Of a stretch of DNA of 64,000 nucleotides, positions 34,294-44,244 are shown piece after piece. Within the stretch, counting starts at the first letter, position 1. Each line of letters begins with the position of its first letter. Under the pieces are notes generated by a model. The model had not been told where the DNA came from. It was given only the letters and a program-made list of their open reading frames with translations, and did not search any database. Position numbers and translations under genes: made by a program. Source of the DNA: Planctomycetota bacterium (GTDB lineage: Bacteria > Planctomycetota > UBA11346). The stretch is taken from NCBI GenBank assembly GCA_038213805.1, contig JBBQSO010000013.1, forward strand, positions 16,980 to 80,979. Reading direction: 5' to 3'.

Positions 34294-36357
34294 ATGAGGT
34301 GCAGCGCAGTCGCGAGGTGGATGGCAGGCGCGCTGCTGACGGCCGTCCTGTGCAGCCGTGACGCCTCCGCCGCTGCGGTGGAAGGTCTCGACCTCGACCG
34401 CCGGGCGCAGCTGACGACCCTCCATGACTCACTGGTGCACCAGCGCGACATCTGGAGCGCGTTGCAGCTTGAATCCTTCGCGCGCAAGCGCGGTCTGGAG
34501 CTGCCGCCTGCACTGGGCGAGGCGCGCATCATCGGCGATCCGCTGTTCGCCTTCCCGATGTCCATCTCCCGCGTCTGGGAAGGCACCAACTGGCAGGTGG
34601 TGTGGGCCCGCGACCGGCTCTATTTCCTGCGCCCCGACGGCTGTCCCATCGCCCGTTCGCGCGGCCTCGGGCGCATCCCGCTGCGCATGGCGATGTCCGC
34701 CTACGCCCGCCACATCTGCACCGTCGACCGCCAGGACAAAGGCCCCTGGATAGTGAGCGTAAGCCACACCCTCGACGGGACCGAGACCTTGCACTGCGAA
34801 TTCCCCTCCCTGCCCGGCGAGGACTGGCTGCCCGAACCGACCCTCGCCGACGATGGCAGCGCGTTGGCGATGGTCATCAACCGCCATGACGCAGGTGGCC
34901 ACGACCACTTCCGCCTGGTGACCGTCAATGCGGACGGCGCGCACACCATCGACGAGGAACTCGGGGTGCTCGGGATCGGCCCCGGCAACGCGTGGCTGGC
35001 GGTGTGGAACCAGCGCCGCGAGCGCACTGAACTGCGCCTCGGCGGCAATGCGCTGCCATTCACAAAGATCCTCTGCGGCGGCGACACGGCGCTGTGCAGC
35101 GGGGACGGCCGACTCGGCCTGGCGCGCGGCGATGGCACCATCGCGCCGATGCCGGCCCCCTTCCCGCTGGGCCAGAACCCGCAGCTGCTCGCCTGCGGCG
35201 GATGGCTGGCTATCTGTTCCGACCACGGCGAACCCTCACGCACCGCGTTCTACCGCTGGGCCGAGCTCGGCGCCGACCCCGCTGCCCCGCCTGTGCGCGT
35301 CGTCCCGGGCCATTGCTTCGAGTGCGTGCGCGATCCCGGGGCGCTGTGGCTGGCGGATGGACGCACCTACGCGAGCGTCGACTGCATGCATCGCGAAGGC
35401 CTGCGCTTCGCCACCCTGGGCACCGCCCCCGACCCCGTGCAGATGATCACCGATTCTCTCGACCGCTGCCTGATCTCGATGGAGAGCGCGCAGCTGATCT
35501 GCGCGCCCGACGGCACCGAACTGTGGCGCGGCCGCGCCGAGAGCTGCGCCGTGCTCACCGGCGACCTGCTCATGGTCCGCACCACCAGCGCCGGCAAGGC
35601 CCGACGGTCGCTGGTCCGCCTCGATCCCGACCCCGCGCAGCGCACCAGCCGACCGCTGGCGCTCGACGACCGCGACTGGCATATCACCTACGATCGAACT
35701 CATGACGCGGTCATGGCCCGCTGCGCCGACGACTGGCGGCGCTTCAATCCGGTCAGCGGCGTCGAGACCGCGCGCGCGACGCCCGGCGTGGCGATGGCGC
35801 CCTACAGTGACCTCACTGATCAGAAGGGCAGGCGCATCACCGACCTCGCCCGGCTGATCCCGCGCGGCCTTTCGCACCTCCCGTTCGCCGAGCGTCTGCT
35901 CGCCCACGACGTCTGGCGGTTGGCCGGAAACACCTACATCGCCACCCCCTACGAACACCTGCTTGAGATCGATGCTGCCGGCACGTGGACAGACCTCGGC
36001 CAAAGCGAGGGCAGCTCGCGCCTGGCCAGCGATGCGCGCGACCGCCTGGTGATGACCCGGCACACCGGCGAGACCCTGTCGGTCCTGGAGCGCGGCGGCG
36101 ATGGCCGCATGCACCTCTCCCCCCTGCCGGACGCCCCGACCAAGGGTCTGCCCGATGGCTCCTGGCAGATCGGACGCGACCTGCAGTTCGCCGCCCCCGG
36201 CGGACAGCCGCTGAGCTGGGATGATGCAGTCGGCTTCCGGCCGATCACCCTGCGCAATCCGTCCGGCAGCGGACTCTTGGCGGTCACGGAGTCGGTGATC
36301 ATCGAGTTCACTCCCGCCACCGTGGGTCTGGTCACCAAGCACGCGGGTGCGCCATGA
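34294..36357 (+). CDS. Unknown exported beta-rich protein, copy 2
   Basis: Signal peptide; shares RIIGDPLFAFPMSI.R.WEG..W.VVWA.DRLYFL..DGCP with copy 1. Confidence 0.82.
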   Translation: MRCSAVARWMAGALLTAVLCSRDASAAAVEGLDLDRRAQLTTLHDSLVHQRDIWSALQLESFARKRGLELPPALGEARIIGDPLFAFPMSISRVWEGTNWQVVWARDRLYFLRPDGCPIARSRGLGRIPLRMAMSAYARHICTVDRQDKGPWIVSVSHTLDGTETLHCEFPSLPGEDWLPEPTLADDGSALAMVINRHDAGGHDHFRLVTVNADGAHTIDEELGVLGIGPGNAWLAVWNQRRERTELRLGGNALPFTKILCGGDTALCSGDGRLGLARGDGTIAPMPAPFPLGQNPQLLACGGWLAICSDHGEPSRTAFYRWAELGADPAAPPVRVVPGHCFECVRDPGALWLADGRTYASVDCMHREGLRFATLGTAPDPVQMITDSLDRCLISMESAQLICAPDGTELWRGRAESCAVLTGDLLMVRTTSAGKARRSLVRLDPDPAQRTSRPLALDDRDWHITYDRTHDAVMARCADDWRRFNPVSGVETARATPGVAMAPYSDLTDQKGRRITDLARLIPRGLSHLPFAERLLAHDVWRLAGNTYIATPYEHLLEIDAAGTWTDLGQSEGSSRLASDARDRLVMTRHTGETLSVLERGGDGRMHLSPLPDAPTKGLPDGSWQIGRDLQFAAPGGQPLSWDDAVGFRPITLRNPSGSGLLAVTESVIIEFTPATVGLVTKHAGAP

Positions 36358-38924
36358 GCGCCGCGCCCGGCGACGGCGATCCGTTCGTCGGTTTCGCCAA
36401 CGGCCAGCTGCGCTTCGAGGCCCTGCTCGGCCGCGGAGCGATGGGCGCGGTCTACCGCGGCCGCCAGCTCGGGCTCGACCGGCGGGTGGCGATCAAGATC
36501 ATCACCCCGCACCTCGCGGACGACGAGCTCTATCTCGAACGCTTCCGCCGCGAGGCGCAGGCGCTGGGCCGCCAGATCCACCCGCACATCATCACCTGCC
36601 ACGACGTCGGGCCATGCCCCGGTCCCGAGGGGCGCACGGTGATCGCCATGGTCCTGGAATACGTCGACGGTGCGAGCCTGGGCACGCTGCTGCGCCAAGG
36701 GCCGCTGCGCGTGCGCGCCGTCCTCGAGCTGCACGCGCAGGCGGCGCTCGGGCTGGCCGCGGCGCACCGCCTCGGCATTGTCCACCGCGACGTCAAGCCC
36801 GACAACATCATGGTCACGCGCGACGGCGTGGCCAAGCTCGCCGACTTCGGGCTGGCGAAGGCCGACGGCCTCGCCGGCGTGACCACTAGCGGCACAATGA
36901 TGGGCAGTCCGGCCTACATGTCGCCGGAGGCCTGCCGCGGCGAAGTGGTCACCGGCCGGGGCGACCTCTACAGCCTGGGCTGCTCGCTGTTCCATGCCCT
37001 GACCGGCAAGCCACCGTACGACACCACCAACAGCTTCGCGGCGATCCGCCACCACACCACCTCGCCGGTGCCGGATCTCTGCGCCCGGCGCCCGGATCTG
37101 CACGCGCTCGAACCGGCCCTCAAGTGCCTGCTCGCCAAGCTTCCGGAGGAGCGGCCCGCGGACGGTCGGGAGGTCGCGAAGACGCTGCGCGCCCTGGCGG
37201 CCACGGTATCCGCCGATCTGCTGGCGGGGCGCCTCGACCCGACCGCGCATGGCGACATCCCTCAGGCCATGACACTGGTCGAGCTGCCGGCTGCAGTCCC
37301 GCGCACGACCCCGCACCAGGCCCAACCGGCCGCCGTCGCCGCCGCGCGTCTGACCAAGTCCCGCACGGCGCGGGGGCGGCGCGACCTGATCTTCCTCATG
37401 GTGGTGGCCGCGCTCGCCACCGCAGGTTTGGTCATCGCCATGCGCTCCCACCAATCCGCGCCCGCGCCGGAGCGATCGGTGACAGCGACCACTGGCGGAC
37501 TGGACGAGTCGCAAGCCCTGGCCCTGGCTGAGACCCTGGCCACCGTCGAGGGCCTTATCGCCGAGCGTCGCCTGGAGGAGGCCGCGCGCGTGCTCGCCGC
37601 GCAGACCGCGGCCACCACCATCGATGATCGTCAACTGCCGGCAGCGCTGAGTGGCCTCAGCCAACGCCTGGCGCGTGTCCGGGCCGAACTCTCGGCCGGC
37701 GGTCTGCCCACCACCACCAGCACGGCCACCACCGGCACCGCCGGCACCGCCCGCCCTCAGGTTTCAGTCGTCGTACCCAGCGGTATGCGCGCGGCACCGG
37801 TGTGGCCGGCGACAGAACCCCTCGCCGCACCACTGGTCCAGCTGGTGCCGGGCCGTGACATCGCCGGCTGGCAGGTGCCTGCCGGCTATCCCACCCTGCC
37901 CGAATGCCTGCCGGGTGGCGGCGGGGCGGTGGTGCTCAGCGCCTTCGCACCTGGCGGCGATGCGGTCCGCACCGCGCGCGAGGGCCGGCAGGCGCTGACC
38001 CTGCGCCTGCCGGATGGTCGCCAGGGCGGGCGCCTGCTGGTGCTGCTCAATGGCCACTACGGCAAGCGCCAGCTCGAATGCACCGCCCTGGCCGGCACCC
38101 AGCGCCTGAGCCTGCCGGCGCAGACGCTTGGCCGTGGTTGGCAGCTCGTAAGCGCCGATCTCGCCACGTCGCCTCCGGCCCAGGGCCTGGAGATCGCCTC
38201 CTACAGCGACGCCCACCTGGCCGTGTCGCGCGCGGTGTGGTCGCCGGCAGCAGCCATCGCCGCGAGCGCCGCCCGCATCATCCCCGGCACCCTGCTCGCC
38301 TGCGGCACCGACGCCGGCCCGCTCAGCTTCGGCCTGGCGTCCATGCTCGAGCCGTGGCGGCGCAACCATGCCACCGGAGTCCGGCGGATCATCGCGCTAC
38401 CTGCCGGCAGCGGCGGGGGCGAACGCGTGCCGGCAGCACTCACCCGCAACGTCGCCGGCACCCCCGGTGGCGTGATCCACCACGATGGCGCAGACTTCAC
38501 GGCGGCCGCCACCGCGGCGCGCAGCGCCAAGGTTGACCAGCTGGTGATCCTGCTGCCGACCGTCGCCGCCTGCCCGCAGTTGCGTAGCACAATCGAAGTC
38601 TGCAGCGGCCTTGTCAGCGCTGGCATCCTGCCGGTGCTCGTGATCGGACCCGAGGCGTGGCAGGAGGATCGCCGAACAGGCTGGGACCAATTCCTGAGCG
38701 CGCTGGCGCACCGCTTCGCCGGCATACCCGTCATCGACCTGCGCCAAGTGCCGATGTTCCAGGCCCGGCACGAGCTGCCGACGGATCTCGGCGACGCAGG
38801 CGTCCAGGCACTGGTTGAGGCCGGCCTGGCAGCCGGCCTCCAGGACCTCCAGGCTCGCCTCGCGTGGCAGCTTCAGGAGCATCCCGGCGGCGGGATCGAG
38901 GGCGAGCTGCACATCGGCGATTGA
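36354..38924 (+). CDS. Membrane Ser/Thr kinase, copy 2
   Basis: Intact Hanks motifs, TM helix, C-terminus homologous to copy 1 (PVIDLRQVP.FQARH). Confidence 0.93.
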   Translation: MSAAPGDGDPFVGFANGQLRFEALLGRGAMGAVYRGRQLGLDRRVAIKIITPHLADDELYLERFRREAQALGRQIHPHIITCHDVGPCPGPEGRTVIAMVLEYVDGASLGTLLRQGPLRVRAVLELHAQAALGLAAAHRLGIVHRDVKPDNIMVTRDGVAKLADFGLAKADGLAGVTTSGTMMGSPAYMSPEACRGEVVTGRGDLYSLGCSLFHALTGKPPYDTTNSFAAIRHHTTSPVPDLCARRPDLHALEPALKCLLAKLPEERPADGREVAKTLRALAATVSADLLAGRLDPTAHGDIPQAMTLVELPAAVPRTTPHQAQPAAVAAARLTKSRTARGRRDLIFLMVVAALATAGLVIAMRSHQSAPAPERSVTATTGGLDESQALALAETLATVEGLIAERRLEEAARVLAAQTAATTIDDRQLPAALSGLSQRLARVRAELSAGGLPTTTSTATTGTAGTARPQVSVVVPSGMRAAPVWPATEPLAAPLVQLVPGRDIAGWQVPAGYPTLPECLPGGGGAVVLSAFAPGGDAVRTAREGRQALTLRLPDGRQGGRLLVLLNGHYGKRQLECTALAGTQRLSLPAQTLGRGWQLVSADLATSPPAQGLEIASYSDAHLAVSRAVWSPAAAIAASAARIIPGTLLACGTDAGPLSFGLASMLEPWRRNHATGVRRIIALPAGSGGGERVPAALTRNVAGTPGGVIHHDGADFTAAATAARSAKVDQLVILLPTVAACPQLRSTIEVCSGLVSAGILPVLVIGPEAWQEDRRTGWDQFLSALAHRFAGIPVIDLRQVPMFQARHELPTDLGDAGVQALVEAGLAAGLQDLQARLAWQLQEHPGGGIEGELHIGD

Positions 38925-38944
38925 GCCGCCCGGTGCGCGCGGCC

Positions 38945-40162
38945 TCACCCCCCTGCAGATGCCGCCGCGGCCCGGCAGCGCCCGAGCGCCGCGACCAGGC
39001 GGTTGCGGTCCGAGGCGGTGTGGGCCAGGGTCACGATCAGGCGCAAGCGGCAGGCCCCGGCCGGAACGGTCGGCGGCCGGATGGCGGGTGCGTAGTGGCC
39101 GGCCTCGCGCAGGCGCGCGGCGAGGTCGAGCGCGGCCGCCTCGTCGCCGACCAGCAGCGGGATGATCGGCGCACGGCCCTCCGGCACCTGCCAACCTTGG
39201 GCCCGTAGCGCGGCGCGCACCTCGCCAGCGACGGCGAGCAGCTGCGCGGGCAGATCCGGCTCATCGCGCAGCAGGTCGAGGGTCGCGACCGCCGCGCCCA
39301 TCGCCGCCGGCACCGGCGCGGTCGAGTACATGAAGCTGCGTCCGCGATTGACAACCAGCTCGACGATCTCGCTATCCGCGGCGATGAAGCCGCCCTGAGC
39401 GCCAAGGCTCTTCGAGCAGGTCCCGACCAGCACGTCCGGCACCACGCCGAGGGCCGCGCACAGTCCGCGCCCGCCCGGCCCGAACACGCCCAGGGCATGG
39501 TCCTCATCGACTACCAGCAGGGCGCCGTGACGCTGGCACAATTCGGCGATGGCGGGCAGCGGCGCCTCGTCGCCGTCCATCGAGTAGACCGACTCCACGC
39601 ACACCAGCCGGCGTGGCGCGCCGGTGGTGCGGCGCAGCTGCTTGTCCAGGTCCTCGAGGTCGTTGTGCTGGAAGCGCAGCATGGTGCCGTTGGCGAGCTT
39701 GGCGCCGTCGTAGAGCGAAGCGTGGCACAGCCGGTCGAGGATGACCACGTCCTCGGCGCCGCTCGCCAGGGCGACCAGCACGGCGAGGTTGGCCTGATAG
39801 CCGGTGGTGGTGACCAGTACGTCCTGCGCGCCCAACCAGCCGGCGAGGCGCTCCTCGAGGCGGCGGTGGCAGCGCAGCCCGCCGGCCAGCAGCCGCGAGG
39901 CGCCCGCGCCCGCTCCGTAGGTGCGCAGCGCGCGCGCCGCCGCGTTCTTGACACGCAGCCGGTTGGCCGCGCCGAGGTAGTCGTTCGACGCCCAGTTGTG
40001 CAACTTGCGCCGCCCGCCCGGTCCGGGCGCGATCACCACCCGGCCGTCGGCCGAGTCCAGCACCGGACGCACGCGCAGCCGCCCGCCGGCGCGCAGCTCC
40101 TCAAGCTCAGCGCGCAAGGCGGCGCGCAGGTCGGCGTGGGTCGGCGGGGGTTCGTGGGACAT
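38945..40162 (-). CDS. bioF: 8-amino-7-oxononanoate synthase
   Basis: SNDYLG, GASRLLAG, GYQAN, HASLYDG, ESVYSMDGD, GTCSKSLG, IRPPTVP. Confidence 0.9.
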   Translation of the reverse strand: MSHEPPPTHADLRAALRAELEELRAGGRLRVRPVLDSADGRVVIAPGPGGRRKLHNWASNDYLGAANRLRVKNAAARALRTYGAGAGASRLLAGGLRCHRRLEERLAGWLGAQDVLVTTTGYQANLAVLVALASGAEDVVILDRLCHASLYDGAKLANGTMLRFQHNDLEDLDKQLRRTTGAPRRLVCVESVYSMDGDEAPLPAIAELCQRHGALLVVDEDHALGVFGPGGRGLCAALGVVPDVLVGTCSKSLGAQGGFIAADSEIVELVVNRGRSFMYSTAPVPAAMGAAVATLDLLRDEPDLPAQLLAVAGEVRAALRAQGWQVPEGRAPIIPLLVGDEAAALDLAARLREAGHYAPAIRPPTVPAGACRLRLIVTLAHTASDRNRLVAALGRCRAAAASAGG

Positions 40163-40186
40163 GGGGTCGGAGTTATAGGGGGGATG

Positions 40187-40353
40187 CGGAGGTCCGGAAG
40201 TCCGGGGGTCCGGAAGTCCGGAAGTCTCGTCTGGCGGCAACTCCGCTGGGACCGACGTCTGCATCCGCAGACCTGCTGCCTGCGCGCTGCCCTCTGATCC
40301 ACGGCTGGCCGCCGACTTCCGGACTTCCGGACCCCCGGACTTCCGGACTTCCC
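40187..40353. repeat. Inverted octamer pair with five units per arm
   Basis: Arms 40187-40226 and 40314-40353 between divergent bioF and pdxJ. Confidence 0.93.
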
Positions 40354-40404
40354 GCCTCGTGCCCCTCCCCACCTTGCCTCCCGCTCCCATGCCGATGTAC
40401 TGCG

Positions 40405-41157
40405 ATGACCATGATCCACCTTGGCGTCAACATCGACCACGTCGCCACTGTGCGCCAGGCGCGCAAGGCCTGCGAGCCCGATCCGGTGATGGCAGCGCAC
40501 CTCGCCGAACTGGGCGGCGCACAGGGCATCACCGTCCACCTGCGCCAGGACCGCCGCCACATCCAGGACCGCGACGTGCGGCTGCTGCGCGAGACCGTGC
40601 AGGGCGTGCTCAACCTCGAGATGGCGGTGGGCGAGGACATCCTCGGCCTGGCCCTGGAGCTGCTGCCCGACCAGGTCTGCCTGGTGCCGGAGCACCGTCA
40701 GGAGATCACCACCGAGGGCGGCCTGCAGGTCGCCCGCGCCGACCGCGACCTGGCCGACTGCATCGGCAAACTCAAGGACAGCGGCGTGCTGGTCAGCCTG
40801 TTCATCGAGCCCGACCCGGCCACCGTGCGCCTGGCGCGCGAGCTGGGCGCCGACGCCGTCGAGCTGCACACCGGCAGCTGGGCCAACGCCTGGGCGCAGT
40901 GCCGTGGCGACGAACACGACGGCGCCCTGATCACCCAGCTCGCCCGCCTCGAGGACTCCGCCGACGCCGCCGCCACCGCCGGCATCCGCCTGCATGCCGG
41001 CCACGGCATCACCTACGGCAACGTGCGCAGCCTGCTGCACCTGCCGCTGCTGCGCGAACTCAACATCGGGCACAGCATCGTCAGCCGGGCGGTGCGGCTG
41101 GGCATGGAGCGGGCCGTGCGGGATATGCGCGGGCTGATGGATTTGGGAGCGGGCTGA
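40405..41157 (+). CDS. pdxJ: Pyridoxine 5'-phosphate synthase
   Basis: LGVNIDHVATVRQAR, HLRQDRRHI, TTEGGL, ELHTG, AGHG, ELNIGH. Confidence 0.96.
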   Translation: MTMIHLGVNIDHVATVRQARKACEPDPVMAAHLAELGGAQGITVHLRQDRRHIQDRDVRLLRETVQGVLNLEMAVGEDILGLALELLPDQVCLVPEHRQEITTEGGLQVARADRDLADCIGKLKDSGVLVSLFIEPDPATVRLARELGADAVELHTGSWANAWAQCRGDEHDGALITQLARLEDSADAAATAGIRLHAGHGITYGNVRSLLHLPLLRELNIGHSIVSRAVRLGMERAVRDMRGLMDLGAG

Positions 41158-41173
41158 CTGGTGAAGGTACGGG

Positions 41174-41307
41174 GTGCGGAGTGCGGAGTGCGGAGTGCGG
41201 GAGGAGAGCCAAACCGTTGTAGCCACATCCGCCTGGAGCGCCCCTGAGAGCGGGAAACAGCCCCTCAAGCCGGCCACTCCGCACTCCGCACTCCGCACCC
41301 GCACCCC
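41174..41307. repeat. Inverted heptamer pair (GTGCGGA)n ... (CACTCCG)n
   Basis: Arms 41174-41200 and 41275-41307 between pdxJ and dapA. Confidence 0.92.
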
Positions 41308-41389
41308 CTATCCATACCACGGAGGCCGGCCCCTTTTCGTTTGTCTAAACCCCGTGATGCGCCAGCCTGCGGCCTCCAGCGAGGATCCC

Positions 41390-42268
41390 ATGTTCAGCGG
41401 CAGCATCGTAGCCATCGTCACCCCCTTCGACGGCGACAAGGTCGATGTGCCGGCGCTGAGGAAGATGGTCGACTGGCACATCGCTCAGGGCACCCAGGGC
41501 ATCGTGCCCTGCGGCACCACCGGCGAGAGCGCGACGTTCAGCCACGACGAGCAGCACCAGGTCATCGGCGAGGTCGTGCAGCAGGTCGCCGGGCGCGTGC
41601 CGGTGATCGCCGGCGCAGGCTCGAACAGTACGCGCGAGGCGGTCAGCCTGGCCAAGGCCGCGGAACGCCTCGGCGCGAACGGCATCCTCACCATCACGCC
41701 CTACTACAACAAGCCCAACCCCGAGGGCCTGTTCCAGCACTTCAAGGCGGTGCGCGAAAACACCGCGCTGCCGCTGGTGCTGTACAACGTGCCTGGGCGC
41801 ACCGGCGTCAACATGCTGCCCGAGACCACCGCGCGGGTGTGGGCGCTGGGCAACATCGCCGCCATCAAGGAGGCGAGCGGCTCGTGCGAGCAGGTCCACG
41901 ACGCGGTCGTACAGGGCATCCGCGTGCTGTCCGGCGACGATGCCATGACCCTGCCGTTCATGGCACTGGGCGCGGCCGGGGTGATCAGCGTGGTCGCGAA
42001 CTTCGCGCCGCGCCTGATGCGCAACCTCACCGACGCCTGCGCGAGCGGCGACTTCGCCAAGGCGCGCGCGCTGCAGGTGGTGGTGGCGGAACTCACGCGC
42101 GTCGCCTTCAGCGACACCAACCCGATCCCGGCCAAGGCCGCGGTGCACGCTCTCGGCTTCTGCCGCGACGAGTTCCGCCTGCCGATCGTGCCGATGGTAC
42201 CGGCAAAGCGCGAGATCCTGCTCGCCGCCCTGCGCAAGCACGGCGTGCTGGTCGCGGCCAAGCAGTGA
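41390..42268 (+). CDS. dapA: 4-hydroxy-tetrahydrodipicolinate synthase
   Basis: GTTGES, PYYNKP, LYNVPGRTG, IKEASG, NPIPAK. Confidence 0.96.
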   Translation: MFSGSIVAIVTPFDGDKVDVPALRKMVDWHIAQGTQGIVPCGTTGESATFSHDEQHQVIGEVVQQVAGRVPVIAGAGSNSTREAVSLAKAAERLGANGILTITPYYNKPNPEGLFQHFKAVRENTALPLVLYNVPGRTGVNMLPETTARVWALGNIAAIKEASGSCEQVHDAVVQGIRVLSGDDAMTLPFMALGAAGVISVVANFAPRLMRNLTDACASGDFAKARALQVVVAELTRVAFSDTNPIPAKAAVHALGFCRDEFRLPIVPMVPAKREILLAALRKHGVLVAAKQ

Positions 42269-42283
42269 TGATCTGAACCGGCG

Positions 42284-43030
42284 ATGAGCCTGACCCTCGC
42301 CGACCGCGTCACGCTCGCGCGCCTGGGGCTCGCGCCGCTGATCGTCGCAGCCTACGTCTGGCTGCCGATGCAGTGGTCGCTGTGCTTCTGGGTCGCGGGC
42401 TGGCTGTGCGCGTTGGCCGAGTACACCGACCTGATGGACGGACGCATCGCGCGCCGCCGCGGCGAAGTCTCGGACTTCGGCAAGCTCGCCGACCCGTTCT
42501 GCGACGTCTTCTACCGTATTGCGGTGTTCTGCGCTTTTCTGCTGCCCGCCGGCGGCGTCGGCTGGCCGGTCGCCCAGGTTCACGACCCGGTCATGCACGT
42601 ATTCGCCGCCGCCTACGAGACCTCCGCCTACGCCGACGTCCGCCAGCTGGTCTTCGTGACCGGTTTCGACGCGCACGGCCAGCCGCTGCTCGGCGCCGGC
42701 CTGGTGCCGTGGCTGCCGGTGCTGCTGATGGTGCTGCGCGAGATCATCGCCGGCGCGCTGCGCGCCATGACCGCGACGCGCGGGCTGGTGCTGGCGGCGC
42801 GCACCTCGGGCAAGATCAAGGCGTGGATCCAGGGCTTCACCCTGATCACCCTGATGGCCTTCCAGGCCTGCTGGTGGACGCGCTGGCAGTGGCAGCTGGA
42901 CTATGCCTTCTGGCTGACCTGGCTATGCGCCGTGATCAGCGTCGGCTCGATCCTGGAATACATCTGGGTCAACCGCGCCCTGCTCGCGCAGCTTGCCCTG
43001 CGCACTCGAATACCCGATACTCGGGCATGA
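42284..43030 (+). CDS. CDP-alcohol phosphatidyltransferase (PgsA-like)
   Basis: D..DGRIARRRGEVSDFGKLADPFCD signature; GKIK. Confidence 0.88.
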   Translation: MSLTLADRVTLARLGLAPLIVAAYVWLPMQWSLCFWVAGWLCALAEYTDLMDGRIARRRGEVSDFGKLADPFCDVFYRIAVFCAFLLPAGGVGWPVAQVHDPVMHVFAAAYETSAYADVRQLVFVTGFDAHGQPLLGAGLVPWLPVLLMVLREIIAGALRAMTATRGLVLAARTSGKIKAWIQGFTLITLMAFQACWWTRWQWQLDYAFWLTWLCAVISVGSILEYIWVNRALLAQLALRTRIPDTRA

Positions 43031-44130
43031 GACGTCTGGTCACCGGCATCCTGATCGCGGCATTCTCGATTACGGCAGGTGCCTTGCGCGGCACCGCAAG
43101 CGAGGCCGTGCAGAGCGACGACGAAGTGGTGTTCCTGCCGACCTTCGCCCAGCCCGCCGCCGACGGTGGCTGGGAGGCGACCATCCACGGCTGGGTCTAC
43201 CAGCCCGAGCGTGACAGCGTCAAGCGCCGCATCCTGCTCAGTCTGCTCGGCCGTTCGCTGGGCCATGACGAGGCCGACCTCGACCGCGAGCAGTTCCGCA
43301 ACCGCGCCGGCGCCTTCTTGGTCGACAACCAGCCCGGCAAGCGCCTGGCGGTCGAGATCGGCGACCACGTCTACCCCTTGCCGCCCTCGCTGCCCAACGG
43401 CCACTTCGGCGCCACCGTGCACGTTACGGCCGCGACCGTCGCGCGGCTGCGCACGCTGGCGCCGGACGCCACCGGCATCCCGTTCAGCCTGAGCCGCGCG
43501 AGCTTTGCCGACCCGGCCGACGCGCGGCGCTTCACCGGTGTTATCGAAACGCTCGACGCCACCGGCGTGTCGGTGGTGTCCGACGTCGATGACACCATCC
43601 GCATCACCGAGTGCCGCGACCGCAAGGCGCTGGTGCGGAACACCTTCCTGCTGCCCTTCCGCCCGGTCACCGGCATGGCCGCCGCCTACCGCCGGTGGGC
43701 CGCCGGCGGCGCGCGCTTCCATTACCTGTCGGCCAGCCCGTGGCAGCTCTACAGGCCGCTGTCCGTGTTCGCCGACGCCGAGGGCTTTCCCGCCGGCACC
43801 TGGAACCTCAAGCAGTTCCGCTGGAAGGACGAGACCTTCTGGGACCTCTTCGCCGATCCCGAACTGCACAAGCGCACCACCCTCGAACCGCTGCTCGCGG
43901 CTTTCCCCCAACGACGCTTCGTGCTGATCGGCGATTCCGGCCAGAGTGATCCCGAGTGCTTCGGCGCGCTGGCCAGGAAGCATCCCACGCAGATCGTGCG
44001 CATCTTCATCCGCGACATCACCGGCGGCGGGCGTGGGGCACCGCGCTATGCGGGCGCGTTCGCGGGGCTACCGGAAGAGACGTGGCTGCTGTTCGAGGAG
44101 GGTGCGCACCTGCCGACCAGTCTGCCGTGA
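43027..44130 (+). CDS. App1-family phosphatidate phosphatase-like protein
   Basis: SDVDDT (DxDxT), YLSASPWQLY, LIGDSGQSDPE, IFIR; N-terminal signal-like segment. Confidence 0.85.
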   Translation: MRRLVTGILIAAFSITAGALRGTASEAVQSDDEVVFLPTFAQPAADGGWEATIHGWVYQPERDSVKRRILLSLLGRSLGHDEADLDREQFRNRAGAFLVDNQPGKRLAVEIGDHVYPLPPSLPNGHFGATVHVTAATVARLRTLAPDATGIPFSLSRASFADPADARRFTGVIETLDATGVSVVSDVDDTIRITECRDRKALVRNTFLLPFRPVTGMAAAYRRWAAGGARFHYLSASPWQLYRPLSVFADAEGFPAGTWNLKQFRWKDETFWDLFADPELHKRTTLEPLLAAFPQRRFVLIGDSGQSDPECFGALARKHPTQIVRIFIRDITGGGRGAPRYAGAFAGLPEETWLLFEEGAHLPTSLP

Positions 44131-44244
44131 AGCGCCTCGGAAAGGCGCATGCGGAACATCGGATCGCTCGACCCTGCCACCTGACTTTGCGTTCGCGATC
44201 CGCTCGCCCATCGCAAAGTACCGATGCCGTGTACATGGCATCGA

